Part shown: one piece after another, positions 36,059-46,500 of the stretch | Layout: each line of letters starts with the position of its first letter | Numbering within the stretch: position 1 is the first letter of the stretch | Assembly (NCBI GenBank): GCA_963575745.1 | Contig: CAUYUJ010000086.1 | Coordinates: forward strand, 62,001 to 118,562 | DNA: 56,562 nt | Reading direction: 5' to 3' | Origin: Prorocentrum cordatum | Lineage: Eukaryota | The notes under the pieces: generated by a model | What the model was told of the DNA's origin: nothing | The model's database searches: none | The model's input: only the letters and a program-made list of their open reading frames with translations | Program-made: the position numbers and the translations under genes

Positions 36059-39000
36059 TCGCTCCGATCAGCGCGCGTGACCACCCGCTCCACGGTCACG
36101 AAGAGCACCGGCGGCGATCGCTCCCAGCGATTGCCCGTATACACCCTGATGCCATGACAGACCCCGGCCGCCTCCCTCTGCGCACGACTGAGGTGTGCGT
36201 GCGCCGGACATCCTTGACCTGGCCCGCCAATATGCCTCAATTCCAGTCGGATCAAATCCTCCAGATCGCAGGCCCCCCGGTGGTCGGGGCCGAGCAATTC
36301 GGAAGGGACCAGCTTCAAGCGCGAATCAATCACCCCCGTGTCCGAACTTGCCCGGCACACGTCGCATCGCCTCCGCTGCCGCAACGCAATGCCGCAAACG
36401 TGCTGCTGGAGCGCAGTGCGCGCACCGTGATGCGGTGTCGGTACCTGATATCCAGCCTCGGTGACAGCACGAAGGGCGGCCAGGAAGAACTCTGACGCGT
36501 CGCATTGCTTCGGTCTCCCTTGCTGATCGAATTCTGTGAATTCTCGCTGACCGAAAAGCCCCGCGCGCGCGGCAGTAGCGAGCGGCGCGACGGCGTCGAC
36601 CCCCACGCCCTGGACAGAGAGAGCCGCGGCCTGAGCTCCGAGCGCACACACCGGGCAAGTTTCTGTGTTCAAAGGGCAATTCTGGCCGTGCTCGTGGAGA
36701 AGCCGACGGAAGGGAGCCAGGCGCAGCAGCACCTGCGCGACTGCGCTCACGAAGCAAGTATTGCCGAGGTTTGCGATGCCCACGCCAGAGCCGTGGCCGC
36801 AGTGCCACTGCAGCTCCCTGGTGACATCCTCCTGGGACACGCCGTAGGCTGCCATGCACAGATCCCGGTCCAGCGGGAGCAGCTCTGGCGGCTCTGCACC
36901 ATCGCCAACAGTCGCCGCCGTGCGAAACATGTCCCCCCAAAGATCCCTCGGCACTACGGCGCCCCTACCAGCGCCGCGGCCGCCACCCGCGCGCCCGCGC
37001 CCCCGCGAAACAGCGCTCCCCGTCGACGATGCCGCCGCCGCATCTCCGGTCCCCGTCGCGTCGCCGCCGCGGCCGCGGCCCCTGCCCCGCCCCGCAGGCC
37101 CAGCGTCCGGCGCAATGTATGCCGGCGGCACCGTCAGAGCCTGGCCCGGGCGCAGCGCGTGCGAGGGCAGAGGCGTATGCACAGACGCCGCAGGGGCCGC
37201 CTCCCCGTCCGAAGGAGCTGATCCGTCGTCGTCGTCGTCGTCGCCCGCCCCCTCACCGACGCCCGCCGAGCTCCCCGCGTCACGAGACGGGCCCAGCGGC
37301 GACGGCGGCGGCACCGGCGGCGGCGCGGGCGCCGAGCTCGACTCCTGGGCGCCCCGTGCGGCGGGCCCATCCCCCACGTCCCAGCCGTAATCCTGCGCCC
37401 ATTGCTTCGCGATTACGAAACTCTCCCCCATCTTTTTCTCAAAGCGTTGGACCCCTTCGCGGACGTACTGCGGCGGGCCCCGCTGCAGGATGTCCCAGGG
37501 CGGCAGGTTGTAGACGAGCACGCGGTGGGCCACGCGAACGCGACTGAGCATGACGTACAGGTGCAGCCACCAGTCATCGGCGCCCATGTTCATGGGCTTC
37601 TGGAGCACCATGGTGGCCGCATCCATACCCAGGCCCTGCGCAGTCTGCACGGTGCGAACTTTCTCTGGCAGCAACGGGATCTGGTACCTCGTAACCTTCA
37701 CCTTCCGAAGCTTTCGCTCGCCATCGTCGTCGTAGTGATGATTCCACTCCCAGGACGCCCTGTGCGGCGCGATCTGCACGACCCCTTGCCCGAACCCAAA
37801 GTCCTTCTTGAGGCCATCAAACTCGACGAGGACACCGCGCGGCAAACGCTTGCATCGATAATAACCGAGCCGGTGGGCGTCGTGAAGCTTCTTTTCGCGC
37901 CAATCCGCGTCCGGCGTCTCGAACTCCTGCGGGTGGAACCTCACGTCCTTGACTACCCCCACGGCGTCCTGCACGATCTGGTGCTTCGCCGACAACTTCA
38001 CGTTCAGCCGCACACGCATGCCGATGTACAGCGGGCACATGCCGATGAGGTGACCAGTGTTGTTCACGTTCGGCACCTGCAGCATGGCCTTGTAATGCTC
38101 CTCAACGAAGTCCCTGTTTGGAGGCAGGTCCACGGCCTGCACGTACAGCAGCATCTGCCCTTTATCCCTGGCCTCTCGCACGGCCCGATACTGCATCTGC
38201 CTGTGCACGGCCTCCCAGGCGATGCCCATCTCGAACCCGTCCTTGACATGGGGGTCCTGCAGCCGCTTGTCGTTCTTACCGGGTCGGACCACCCACCCTT
38301 GCACCACCATTTTCTGCTCGGCCGTAAACTTCTTGCCCTGCCTCATGGTCTTCAAGAACCCGGGCATGAAGGGGCAGGGCGCGTGCGGAGTAACGAGACG
38401 GTCCTTGAAGCGGTGCGTCTCGTACAGAAACATGGCGTGGGTGACACCGTCCAGGAACATGGACTGCCCATTGCGGACGTGAATCGGCGCCTCGGGCGAC
38501 TCACGCTGCAGCAAGGAAGACCTTCTGCCCTTGCCGCTCACCGGCCCCAGCTGATAAAAATCCCCCAGGAACATGACAATCGGAACCTTCCCGAACATGT
38601 GCCCCCGCGCCATGTACAGGTTCACATCGCAATTATACTTAGCCTTACGGGCTTTGCACATGCGAAACGATGCAGCGCCGAGAAGCTGGGGCGGCACCAT
38701 GGACACCTCCTCCACGATGACGGCCTTGAGGTCGTTCATGCGGTCCACGATGTCATCGACTTTCTGCCCCGAGAGCCTAGCGATGGTCATGGCCTGCTGG
38801 CCGCTCAGCCCGAAGCCGCTGTGGATCGTCTCCCCCCCGATGACGCGCGCAGCGCTGTTCGACGAGGCCACGGCGATCTCCGATCCCGCGCCGAACACCT
38901 CGTTGAGCAGACGTCGCAGCAGTTTCACCACCTCCGTCTTCCCCGTCCCGCCCTCCCCGTGCAGCAGGAGAGCCATCTGCTCCACCGGCTTGGGGCTTTT

Positions 39001-42000
39001 TCCGCTGTCCACATCTTGCTGGTATGCCACGATGGCCTCCACCTGGCCCACGACCAGGGCGACCACCGCCTTCTGCTCCTTATTGAACGTCACGGGGTTG
39101 TCCGCCCTGGTCGCCCACTCGTTAAACAGCCCCTCCGCGATGTCGCGCGCCCGCCGCGGAGGCTCCGCGTCGCCGGCAACCGCGGGCGGCGGCGGCCGAC
39201 CAGGCACGAGCACGGCAGGCGCCGAACCCGCGAGGCCGCTCCGCCCGTCGCCATCCCCAGGCAAGCCCTCAGCTCCCTTTTTCCTGTATCGGAACGCCTC
39301 CTTCTGCTGTGCTTTGCCCTCCTCGAACTGAGAGTCGCCCAAGTCGAGACCGCAGAAGCCCGTCTGCGTTCCAGTACTCGCGGCAGCAGGCTGAGGCTTA
39401 TGGTCTTTCGCATAGCCCTCAAGGAAGATATTCTTATAGACCAAGCTTTGCGACGACCCACGAATCTGCTCCAACTGGGCCACCGCGGGCACCTGGCTAT
39501 CCGGCACGGCGAACGCGGGCATCTGTCGGTGCGCCGCCCACGCTTCGTCCGCCTCGCCCTCGTCCACCTCCTGAGCCAAACCGTCAGGCGCTCCGCCGCC
39601 GGCGCCCGCCCCCTCCTCCTCGTCCGCCTCCCCGGCAGGCCGATTCCCCACTGCCTGCAGCTCAGCAGACTCCTCGAAATCCTTGGCCTCCGGACGGATC
39701 TTGATTCGCGGCCGCCCTTTCGCCTCCGCCTCCACGTCGAGGTTCGTCGCGACCTGGACGGTCCAGCGTGCCATGAACTCGGCGGCGCTGGGTTGCTGTG
39801 CAAAATGGCCCGGGCCCTCCTCTGAGCCGCGTTTCAGATCAATGTCCTCGATCGTGAACCACTTTCCAGCTCGCCGCTCGCACTCCTCGTACTGCCTGGA
39901 CAACGCCACCTGCTTCGCCCACCACTCCTCCCAGGCAGGCCGATGCTTCCCGACCGCGTTGACACCGGCCCTGTAGGGCGCCCAGGCCGCAGCCCCCTTC
40001 TCAGCCGGCTGCAACGGACGGAAAATCACAGACTTGAACAGCGCGTTCACCTCTGGGTCTTTCTCCTTCGAAGGCATCGTGAAGCCGAAGAACTTGGGCA
40101 CCCTGAACGGCGCGCCGACGCGGAGCTTCTGCACTCGGGAGGCGGCGGCCGGGTGCGTGTCCGCGAACGCGTACGTCTCGAAGTCCTGCGGGTCGAAGTG
40201 GAGCGGGTTGGCCTGCGCGGTGTACACGTACATGGCGTAATGGTACATGCCCATGGACTTCAGGGGCTCCCTGTCGCCGCGATGCAGCCAGTCCATCTTC
40301 ATGTCGTGGTCCAGCCGCGCGCTGTATTCGACACCCTGCTGCTGCTCCTGCTCGGGCTGCCCCCCCCCAGCAGCACCGGCAGCCGCGCCCTCCCCGACAA
40401 CGCCGTCGACGACACGGGCGTGCAGCGTTGCGCGCGCCTCGTCCAGCGCATCCATGACACCGCCGCCCCCCTCGCCGTCCACTTCTCCCGCGGCCGGCTG
40501 GTCCACCTCGATGTGGTCTGCGCGCGGGTCGGTCCAGAAGTCGTCCTTTTTCTGATGAACGGCGGAGCTTGCCTGGAACGCCAGCGCCACGATCCCCTTG
40601 CAATACAGAGTCCAGGTGTCATGGGAGCAATAGCACTCGTGGCCATACTGCATCTGGAACATCATCTCGGGCAGCTTCTTCAGGAGCGCCCGGTGCGAGC
40701 TGGTCGTGAGCTTGATGACAGTTCGCCTGGCAGAGTCGAGCACTCCGCCCCAGCCGCTGCGACGAGCGGCAGCAGCGGCCCGGGCCCCGTCGACGTCCTC
40801 CTCGCCCTCCGCCTCCGCCGCCTCATCCGCCTCCCGCTCCGCCTTCTGCTGGAGTCGGAGCCACTCCAACCCGGTGCTCTGCGCGTGCAGCACTCCGAGG
40901 TCTCCCGCGATCGGCCCCGCCTTGGTCGTGTAGTCCGTCTGGTAGTGCGCCATATTGATGGCGTCCATGAACACGGCCTCCAGCGAGTGCAACACGTGCT
41001 CCCGCAGGCTGCCGGGCGGACCGCTGCCGCTCGCGCCAGCAGCTGCGGCGGCGGCGGGCGACGCGGGCGCGCTCGATGCAGGGCTGCCAGACGCCGCCGC
41101 GCGCGACGCGGCGCGGCCTGGCGCCCGCGACCTCGGCTCTGTCTCGACGGCTGATTCTGGCAGCTCGCGCTCCGCGCGCCGGTCGCTGTAGTAGCCCAGG
41201 CCCTGCTCCCCCTTCTTGAACACGAACCCGGGCCGGCTGCCGTCGTAACACGAAGCCGCGCTGAACCCAGCGATGTCCTCGAATTCCGGCGTCGGCGGAG
41301 GCGGCGGATCCAAGCCATACGCATCGGCCAAATCCCACGGCTCGTCATCCTCTTCTCTGAAGCCCCAGATATCCCCCGCGTTCGGATCGTCCATCGTGGT
41401 CGGCGCCCCGCCGAGCAAACCTCCTCCCCTGGGCAGGCCGAGGCGGCGCCCCACGGGCACGCGCCCGCCCCCCGCCGCAGCCGCGCGCGCCGCCCCCTCG
41501 GCCGCCCCGCCCCCGCCCTGCGCTGCGGCCGACGCCCCGGAACCCGTGGAACCTCCGCTCTGCCCAGTGCCCTCGTCGCAACCGGTGCCGCCAGTCCCGG
41601 CGCCAGCCAGCGCGTCCGATGCCTCGCCGACAGGCTCGGCGAACGCACCGGGCTCCGGAGGCGGCGGCACAACAGGGTCGCTGGCGGGCGCGCCCCCGAC
41701 GCTGTCGTCGCCCGGCAGGTCGAGCACCACGCGGTCCAGGCACTGGACGTCCAGGTTGCTCCGCAGACACACCTGGCCCACAGGGTTCGTGCTCCCGTGG
41801 TACGGGTGGTACCGCACCACGTCGACGCGACCAGCTCTGCCGTACCGGTTGCAGCGGTGCGGCCACGGGCCGTAGCCTTCAGCCGGAACGTCGTCCAGAT
41901 CCAGGCGCTCGCCAGGAGGGTTCCACTCCCCCTCCTCCAACGGACCGCACGCGTACTGAACCTTCGCATCTTCCGGAAGCACCAAATCCTTCCCCTTGCG

Positions 42001-43338
42001 CAGGCGCCGCCAGACGAAGGCGGCGGCAGGACGCTTCCTGGACGGGTGGCTGTAGACCGCAGTCTCGTACTCGTGGTAGAAGCCGAGCCGGCACACCTTG
42101 CAGTGCTGAGGCACATCGTCGTTCGTCTTGTGCTTCCAGCACGTGGGACCGCACCTGTGCAGGTGGCCACGGATGATACACTTGCGCGCGTCCCGCGCGA
42201 AGCAGCGCGCCCAGGTCCGCGCCTCATCCCCCGGGCACTCAGCAAAGTGCATGGCCGCGGCGCCGTCCGCGCGCACCACGCGGTACGCAGGCTTGCGGCG
42301 GTACTGCGGCTGCAGCGTCACGTGCGCACCCGTGAGAGGCTCTCCAAATACCGCCGGGTACTGTGCCCGCTGCTCATGGGGATCGGGCTCTGGATCTGCC
42401 AGCGGCGCGAACGGGCGCTGCCGGAGCGGACCCTCTATTGCGGGCTGCTGCTCCAGCATCGCCCGCTCCTCCACGAGATCGACGTTCATCATGGCCGCAA
42501 CCTGATTCCGCAGCTCTTCTGTGGACAGTTGGTTGTCAGCACGGACGGAGCGGCGGCCCTCTTCGTACGCCCTCTTGCACAACTTCCCGAGCTGACGACG
42601 CGAGGCGCCAGCGATGGTATCGTACTTCAATTGGAGGTCGCTCTCCTCTCGCTTCCCGTCCGCGAACGCGAGACGTCGATCCCGCGGGCCGAGCGGAAGC
42701 GGCGGCAGACGGTCCGGCCCGTCCAAGCCCAGCTGCCGGCCCACCTCCTCCGCCGCGTCGAACTGCACGCTGCCGACCCTGGCGAGCACGGCCTCCCTCC
42801 ACCTCCTCAGACGCTCCTCGAGGCCTTCGACGTCCCCCGCGCGCAGCTTCGCGAGGAACGCGCCGGTCATCGGGTGCAGGCGCCACAGGTGGATGTGCGG
42901 ATGGATGCCGCCGCGCCCCTGCGACTCCACGGGTCCGAAGAACGCGCGGACGAGCCCGAACGCTCCACACGCCCCCGTGGCGGCCACGCCGTCGGAGACG
43001 CCCGTGGCCCCGCGCTGCCGCGTGACGCCGACGACATGCTCCAGGAACAGTTCCAGCATGAGGTTCGTGACCATGGCCTGCGACACCGGGTCAGCGGCCA
43101 CCCGCCGCAGCATGTCCCGCGTTGAGGGCATCACGGGAGCAGTCTCCTCCAGCAGCCGCCATCGCTGTACGGAGGCGCCCTCGTACATCAGGGACACCAT
43201 CAGGTTCCGAGTGTCCGCGATGTTCGGCGTCGTGAACACCAGGGGAGGCCCGAAGAGCCGGGTGTAGCTGGTACTGATGTGCCGCAGCGTGGTCCGGTGC
43301 GCGTCGGACCCGACGACATCACGGTTGCTGAGCAGCAT
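35914..43338 (-). CDS. Helitron Rep (HUH endonuclease) + Pif1 helicase + USP Cys-box
   Basis: Rep: LVFTTPN, ESQGRGGIHPHIHLW (42883-42927), HRCGPTC..CRLGF, NLDVQ, YQTDYTTK. Pif1: GEGGTGKT (38935-38958), GETIHS, EEVSM, GDFYQLGPV, RYQIPL..TVQTAQG, YVMLSR. USP: GIANLGNTCF, QCDASEF. Confidence 0.92.
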   Translation of the reverse strand: MLLSNRDVVGSDAHRTTLRHISTSYTRLFGPPLVFTTPNIADTRNLMVSLMYEGASVQRWRLLEETAPVMPSTRDMLRRVAADPVSQAMVTNLMLELFLEHVVGVTRQRGATGVSDGVAATGACGAFGLVRAFFGPVESQGRGGIHPHIHLWRLHPMTGAFLAKLRAGDVEGLEERLRRWREAVLARVGSVQFDAAEEVGRQLGLDGPDRLPPLPLGPRDRRLAFADGKREESDLQLKYDTIAGASRRQLGKLCKRAYEEGRRSVRADNQLSTEELRNQVAAMMNVDLVEERAMLEQQPAIEGPLRQRPFAPLADPEPDPHEQRAQYPAVFGEPLTGAHVTLQPQYRRKPAYRVVRADGAAAMHFAECPGDEARTWARCFARDARKCIIRGHLHRCGPTCWKHKTNDDVPQHCKVCRLGFYHEYETAVYSHPSRKRPAAAFVWRRLRKGKDLVLPEDAKVQYACGPLEEGEWNPPGERLDLDDVPAEGYGPWPHRCNRYGRAGRVDVVRYHPYHGSTNPVGQVCLRSNLDVQCLDRVVLDLPGDDSVGGAPASDPVVPPPPEPGAFAEPVGEASDALAGAGTGGTGCDEGTGQSGGSTGSGASAAAQGGGGAAEGAARAAAAGGGRVPVGRRLGLPRGGGLLGGAPTTMDDPNAGDIWGFREEDDEPWDLADAYGLDPPPPPTPEFEDIAGFSAASCYDGSRPGFVFKKGEQGLGYYSDRRAERELPESAVETEPRSRAPGRAASRAAASGSPASSAPASPAAAAAAGASGSGPPGSLREHVLHSLEAVFMDAINMAHYQTDYTTKAGPIAGDLGVLHAQSTGLEWLRLQQKAEREADEAAEAEGEEDVDGARAAAAARRSGWGGVLDSARRTVIKLTTSSHRALLKKLPEMMFQMQYGHECYCSHDTWTLYCKGIVALAFQASSAVHQKKDDFWTDPRADHIEVDQPAAGEVDGEGGGGVMDALDEARATLHARVVDGVVGEGAAAGAAGGGQPEQEQQQGVEYSARLDHDMKMDWLHRGDREPLKSMGMYHYAMYVYTAQANPLHFDPQDFETYAFADTHPAAASRVQKLRVGAPFRVPKFFGFTMPSKEKDPEVNALFKSVIFRPLQPAEKGAAAWAPYRAGVNAVGKHRPAWEEWWAKQVALSRQYEECERRAGKWFTIEDIDLKRGSEEGPGHFAQQPSAAEFMARWTVQVATNLDVEAEAKGRPRIKIRPEAKDFEESAELQAVGNRPAGEADEEEGAGAGGGAPDGLAQEVDEGEADEAWAAHRQMPAFAVPDSQVPAVAQLEQIRGSSQSLVYKNIFLEGYAKDHKPQPAAASTGTQTGFCGLDLGDSQFEEGKAQQKEAFRYRKKGAEGLPGDGDGRSGLAGSAPAVLVPGRPPPPAVAGDAEPPRRARDIAEGLFNEWATRADNPVTFNKEQKAVVALVVGQVEAIVAYQQDVDSGKSPKPVEQMALLLHGEGGTGKTEVVKLLRRLLNEVFGAGSEIAVASSNSAARVIGGETIHSGFGLSGQQAMTIARLSGQKVDDIVDRMNDLKAVIVEEVSMVPPQLLGAASFRMCKARKAKYNCDVNLYMARGHMFGKVPIVMFLGDFYQLGPVSGKGRRSSLLQRESPEAPIHVRNGQSMFLDGVTHAMFLYETHRFKDRLVTPHAPCPFMPGFLKTMRQGKKFTAEQKMVVQGWVVRPGKNDKRLQDPHVKDGFEMGIAWEAVHRQMQYRAVREARDKGQMLLYVQAVDLPPNRDFVEEHYKAMLQVPNVNNTGHLIGMCPLYIGMRVRLNVKLSAKHQIVQDAVGVVKDVRFHPQEFETPDADWREKKLHDAHRLGYYRCKRLPRGVLVEFDGLKKDFGFGQGVVQIAPHRASWEWNHHYDDDGERKLRKVKVTRYQIPLLPEKVRTVQTAQGLGMDAATMVLQKPMNMGADDWWLHLYVMLSRVRVAHRVLVYNLPPWDILQRGPPQYVREGVQRFEKKMGESFVIAKQWAQDYGWDVGDGPAARGAQESSSAPAPPPVPPPSPLGPSRDAGSSAGVGEGAGDDDDDDGSAPSDGEAAPAASVHTPLPSHALRPGQALTVPPAYIAPDAGPAGRGRGRGRGGDATGTGDAAAASSTGSAVSRGRGRAGGGRGAGRGAVVPRDLWGDMFRTAATVGDGAEPPELLPLDRDLCMAAYGVSQEDVTRELQWHCGHGSGVGIANLGNTCFVSAVAQVLLRLAPFRRLLHEHGQNCPLNTETCPVCALGAQAAALSVQGVGVDAVAPLATAARAGLFGQREFTEFDQQGRPKQCDASEFFLAALRAVTEAGYQVPTPHHGARTALQQHVCGIALRQRRRCDVCRASSDTGVIDSRLKLVPSELLGPDHRGACDLEDLIRLELRHIGGPGQGCPAHAHLSRAQREAAGVCHGIRVYTGNRWERSPPVLFVTVERVVTRADRSECTTDALCAFLRFCGLWMPSASTISLGSLCIRAKARRAAIIMRVQPWV

Positions 43339-43371
43339 GCTGCGCAGCGCGCTCTTGACGTTCCGGGGCAG

Positions 43372-43565
43372 CCCTCGAGGCCCAGGGCCTGCTTGATGCC
43401 CGCCCCCCTGCCGAGCACGGCCACGACCTGCGCCAGATCCTCCGGCGTCAGTGCGGCGAGGTCCGCGATGCTTTCCCCCAGACGCTGCTTGCGCACGAAT
43501 AACCTAGCCGACTGAATGATAGCCTTTCTGCGCCAGAGGCAATACTGGGCCGTGAGCAGGTTGCG
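43372..43565 (-). CDS. Bridging segment between two frameshifts of the Helitron polyprotein
   Basis: RNLLTAQYCLWRRKAIIQSARLFVRKQRLGESIADL...LEG links RWRRH (upstream ORF) to LPRNVKSALRSMLLSN (downstream ORF). Confidence 0.75.
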
Positions 43566-46500
43566 TGGCGACGCCAGCGCGGCACGGGCGACTCAGACGC
43601 GGCGGGCGCCCGCGCAGCGTCGGGCGCGGGCGCCCGCGCAGCGTCGGGCGCCGAGACGTCGTCGGGGACCTCGTACTCGAGCTCCTCGCGAGCCATGAGG
43701 CACCTGCACCACTCGTCGTACGTCAACTTCGCCTCCCTGTCGAGTCCGAAGACGCCGTCGCCGTAGGGAAACGCGACGGGGTCGAAAGCACTCCAGAAAC
43801 CGGGGGAGAACATGCTGACAGGCTCGGTTCCAGTGGGCACGACGACCCGCACCGCGCGCCTCGCCCCCCCGCCCTCAGCGCCCCCGGCCGGCGCGCCGCC
43901 GCCGCCGCCGCCGCCACCGGCCGCGCGTTTCCCGGCGACTCCCGGAGGAGGCCGCGTGGCCTGAATCTTCTGCTCCGTCTGCTCCAGCTTCTTCGTGAGC
44001 GCCTCCTTGTTGCAGTTGGTGAGCGCCTTCGCAGCCTTGTGGGCCTCTTTCGCGGCTTCCGCCAAGCGCAGGTCGGAATCTCGGTCCTGGAAATTCTCCA
44101 TGTCGTCGAACTGCCGCGTCAGTGCCTCCACACGCCGCTTCTCGCGCGCAATCACCTCCGCCTTCTGGAGGCTGAGGTGCACGGTCTGCCACTGCTTGTC
44201 CAGATCGGCCAGCATGTCGGCGTCCGCGACGGCGGCGCAGTACTCGCCCTCCTCGACACCCTCGCCGCCCTCTCCCTCACCAGCCTCGCCCTCGTCGCCC
44301 TCTGAATCCTCCCCGCCAGCGCCAGCCGCGTCCTCACCGGTGGGATCCCCGCACCCGCCCCCTGCCTCGCCCCCGCCGTCAGCCGCCGCGTTCGCTTCGC
44401 CCTCCGCGCTCGCTGCGCCTGCACTCGTCCGCTTCGGCGGGGCCGAGCCCGCGCCGGGCTGCACGGCATCGGCCGGGCCCTCCTGGCGAGCGTCGCCGCC
44501 CTTACCCCCCACGGCCACGCACGCCGCGAGACAGCGAGGCAGGCCCAGGAGCGAGGAGCCGTCGCCATCGCCGTCGCCCTCGGGGTCCGCAAAGTTTTGC
44601 GCGGCCTCTTCGTCCCACCGCACCGCGGCGTACTGCTCGTTCGTGTCGCGGAGGTACTCGTAAGCGCGCTTGAAATCGGCGAGGGGCACGCCGAGCTCCT
44701 CCAATAGCGCCTTCTGCAGGGTGGCGGGGTCGGACCCCGCGAAGACAATCTGCACGAACTCGACGAGGTCGCTCTCCCGCGGCGGCAGCGACAGCACCTG
44801 CCGGCCGCCGTCCGCCTGCGGGAACGCCACGAAGTTCCCCACGTACGCCTTGATCTTCTGGTCGATCGGAGCCCACTCACCAGAGTCGGCCTTGCAGTTG
44901 AACCGCCGCACGATGCCCCGCGCGATGGGCAGCAGAAGCTTCGCGCCCAGCGTGAGATTCCGCAGCGGCGGTGGCAGCCGACCGATCCAGAGATCGTTGG
45001 CCAGCGCGCAGGGCGGCATCGTGGGCAACCTCTTGGAGAGCGCGCCGTGACACCCTGCGCAGATGGGCACCTTCTGCTTCGCGTCGGCCACGAGCACCCC
45101 GTCTGACTCGCGCCTGTCAATCTTGAAGCACTTCTTGTGCAAGAGCCACAGCTTCCCGTCTGGGCCAGGGTCGCGCACTGCGGACGCCTCCAGCTCCTCG
45201 AGGGGGATGCCGCCCGGGCGCTCGACGCCGTTGGGGCCCTCGCGCACGAAGCGCCACCGGGCGTGGTACCGTGCCGGGTCCAGCAGCGCGTGGGCGCGCT
45301 GCCGCTGCGTCAGGCGCATGGCCTGCGCCTGCGCGCCCGCGGCCTCGGATGCCTCTCCCCTCGCCGCCTCGAGCTCGGCGCGCGCGGGCGGCTTCGGCAC
45401 CTGGTCGCAGAGCAGCGAACGCTCCCCGGCGCCGTCCGGCTGCTGCCAGAAGTGCACGCGCTGCAGCTCGTCCGCCCAGTGGAGACGAGCGCAGACGCAG
45501 CACGCGACCCTCGAGCGCACGGCGCGGCGACTCTGCCCGGGCTCGGGCCCCTCGACGTCCGACGCCGCCGGCGCAGCGCCCAGCGCGTCCAAGTCCACGG
45601 GCGGCATGTCCACGCCCGCGGGCGGCACGGCCCCGTCCGCGCCTGGCGGCTTCCACCAGGCGCGCGGCGCGTCCGGCGCGGCAGCGGCGGCGGCGGCCTC
45701 CCCCGAATCGGCGGGCGCTGCGCAGGCCGGCCAGTCGTGAGACCCCGTGACGAGGTGCTCAGAGAAGGCCTCCACGCACTGCCGCCACTCCTGGGGCCTC
45801 ACGGGCCGCACGTCGTCGTCCTGCTGGGGCCACTGCTCGGCCAGGTAGAACAAGCGCTTCCTATACTCCGGCCACCCGTGGTGCTTTTCGTGCACGTGCG
45901 TCATGAAGCCGGCATGCGTGGCGAAGTTCTTGTCGCAGAGGCGGCACGGGAACGGCGGGAGAGCCTCCGGGGCCTCTTTAAATGCCCGCAGAGGACGGCG
46001 CTCGCCACACGGGAGGGCCACATACTCGGGCTGGAGCCTGGGCACGCGCGCCTTGCGAGCGGCAGCGATGGCCGGGGTCGGCGCGGGCGGGGCGCCGCCG
46101 GCATCCGTCTCGCGCTTCCGCGCCTCCTTCACGGCCAAGCCATACCGTTCCGGGCACTCGCGCGTCAGGGAACTGTGGCGCTGGTCCGGGTCCCACTCCC
46201 CAAAAGGTCGCTGCTCGGGTCTGCCGTGGCTCCCACAGAACTGCCCTTCGCCTTTGCAAGAATGCCGGCACTGCCCGAGCACGTGCACGCCCCGGTGCGG
46301 GTGCCAGACGCGCGCGACGCACCTGCCAGCGACGCACGGCGCGGGGTCCAGGAGCCAGGCCGGCAAGGTGCCCTCCTCGCTCACGTGGGGGTCATCCAGA
46401 GCCACGTTCACCTCCACGTCCCCTGCCTTCACTGTCTTCCCTCTGAGACGCTCCTCCTCTTCCTTCCGCAGCCGCTCCTGCTGCAACCGCTCCTGGTCCC

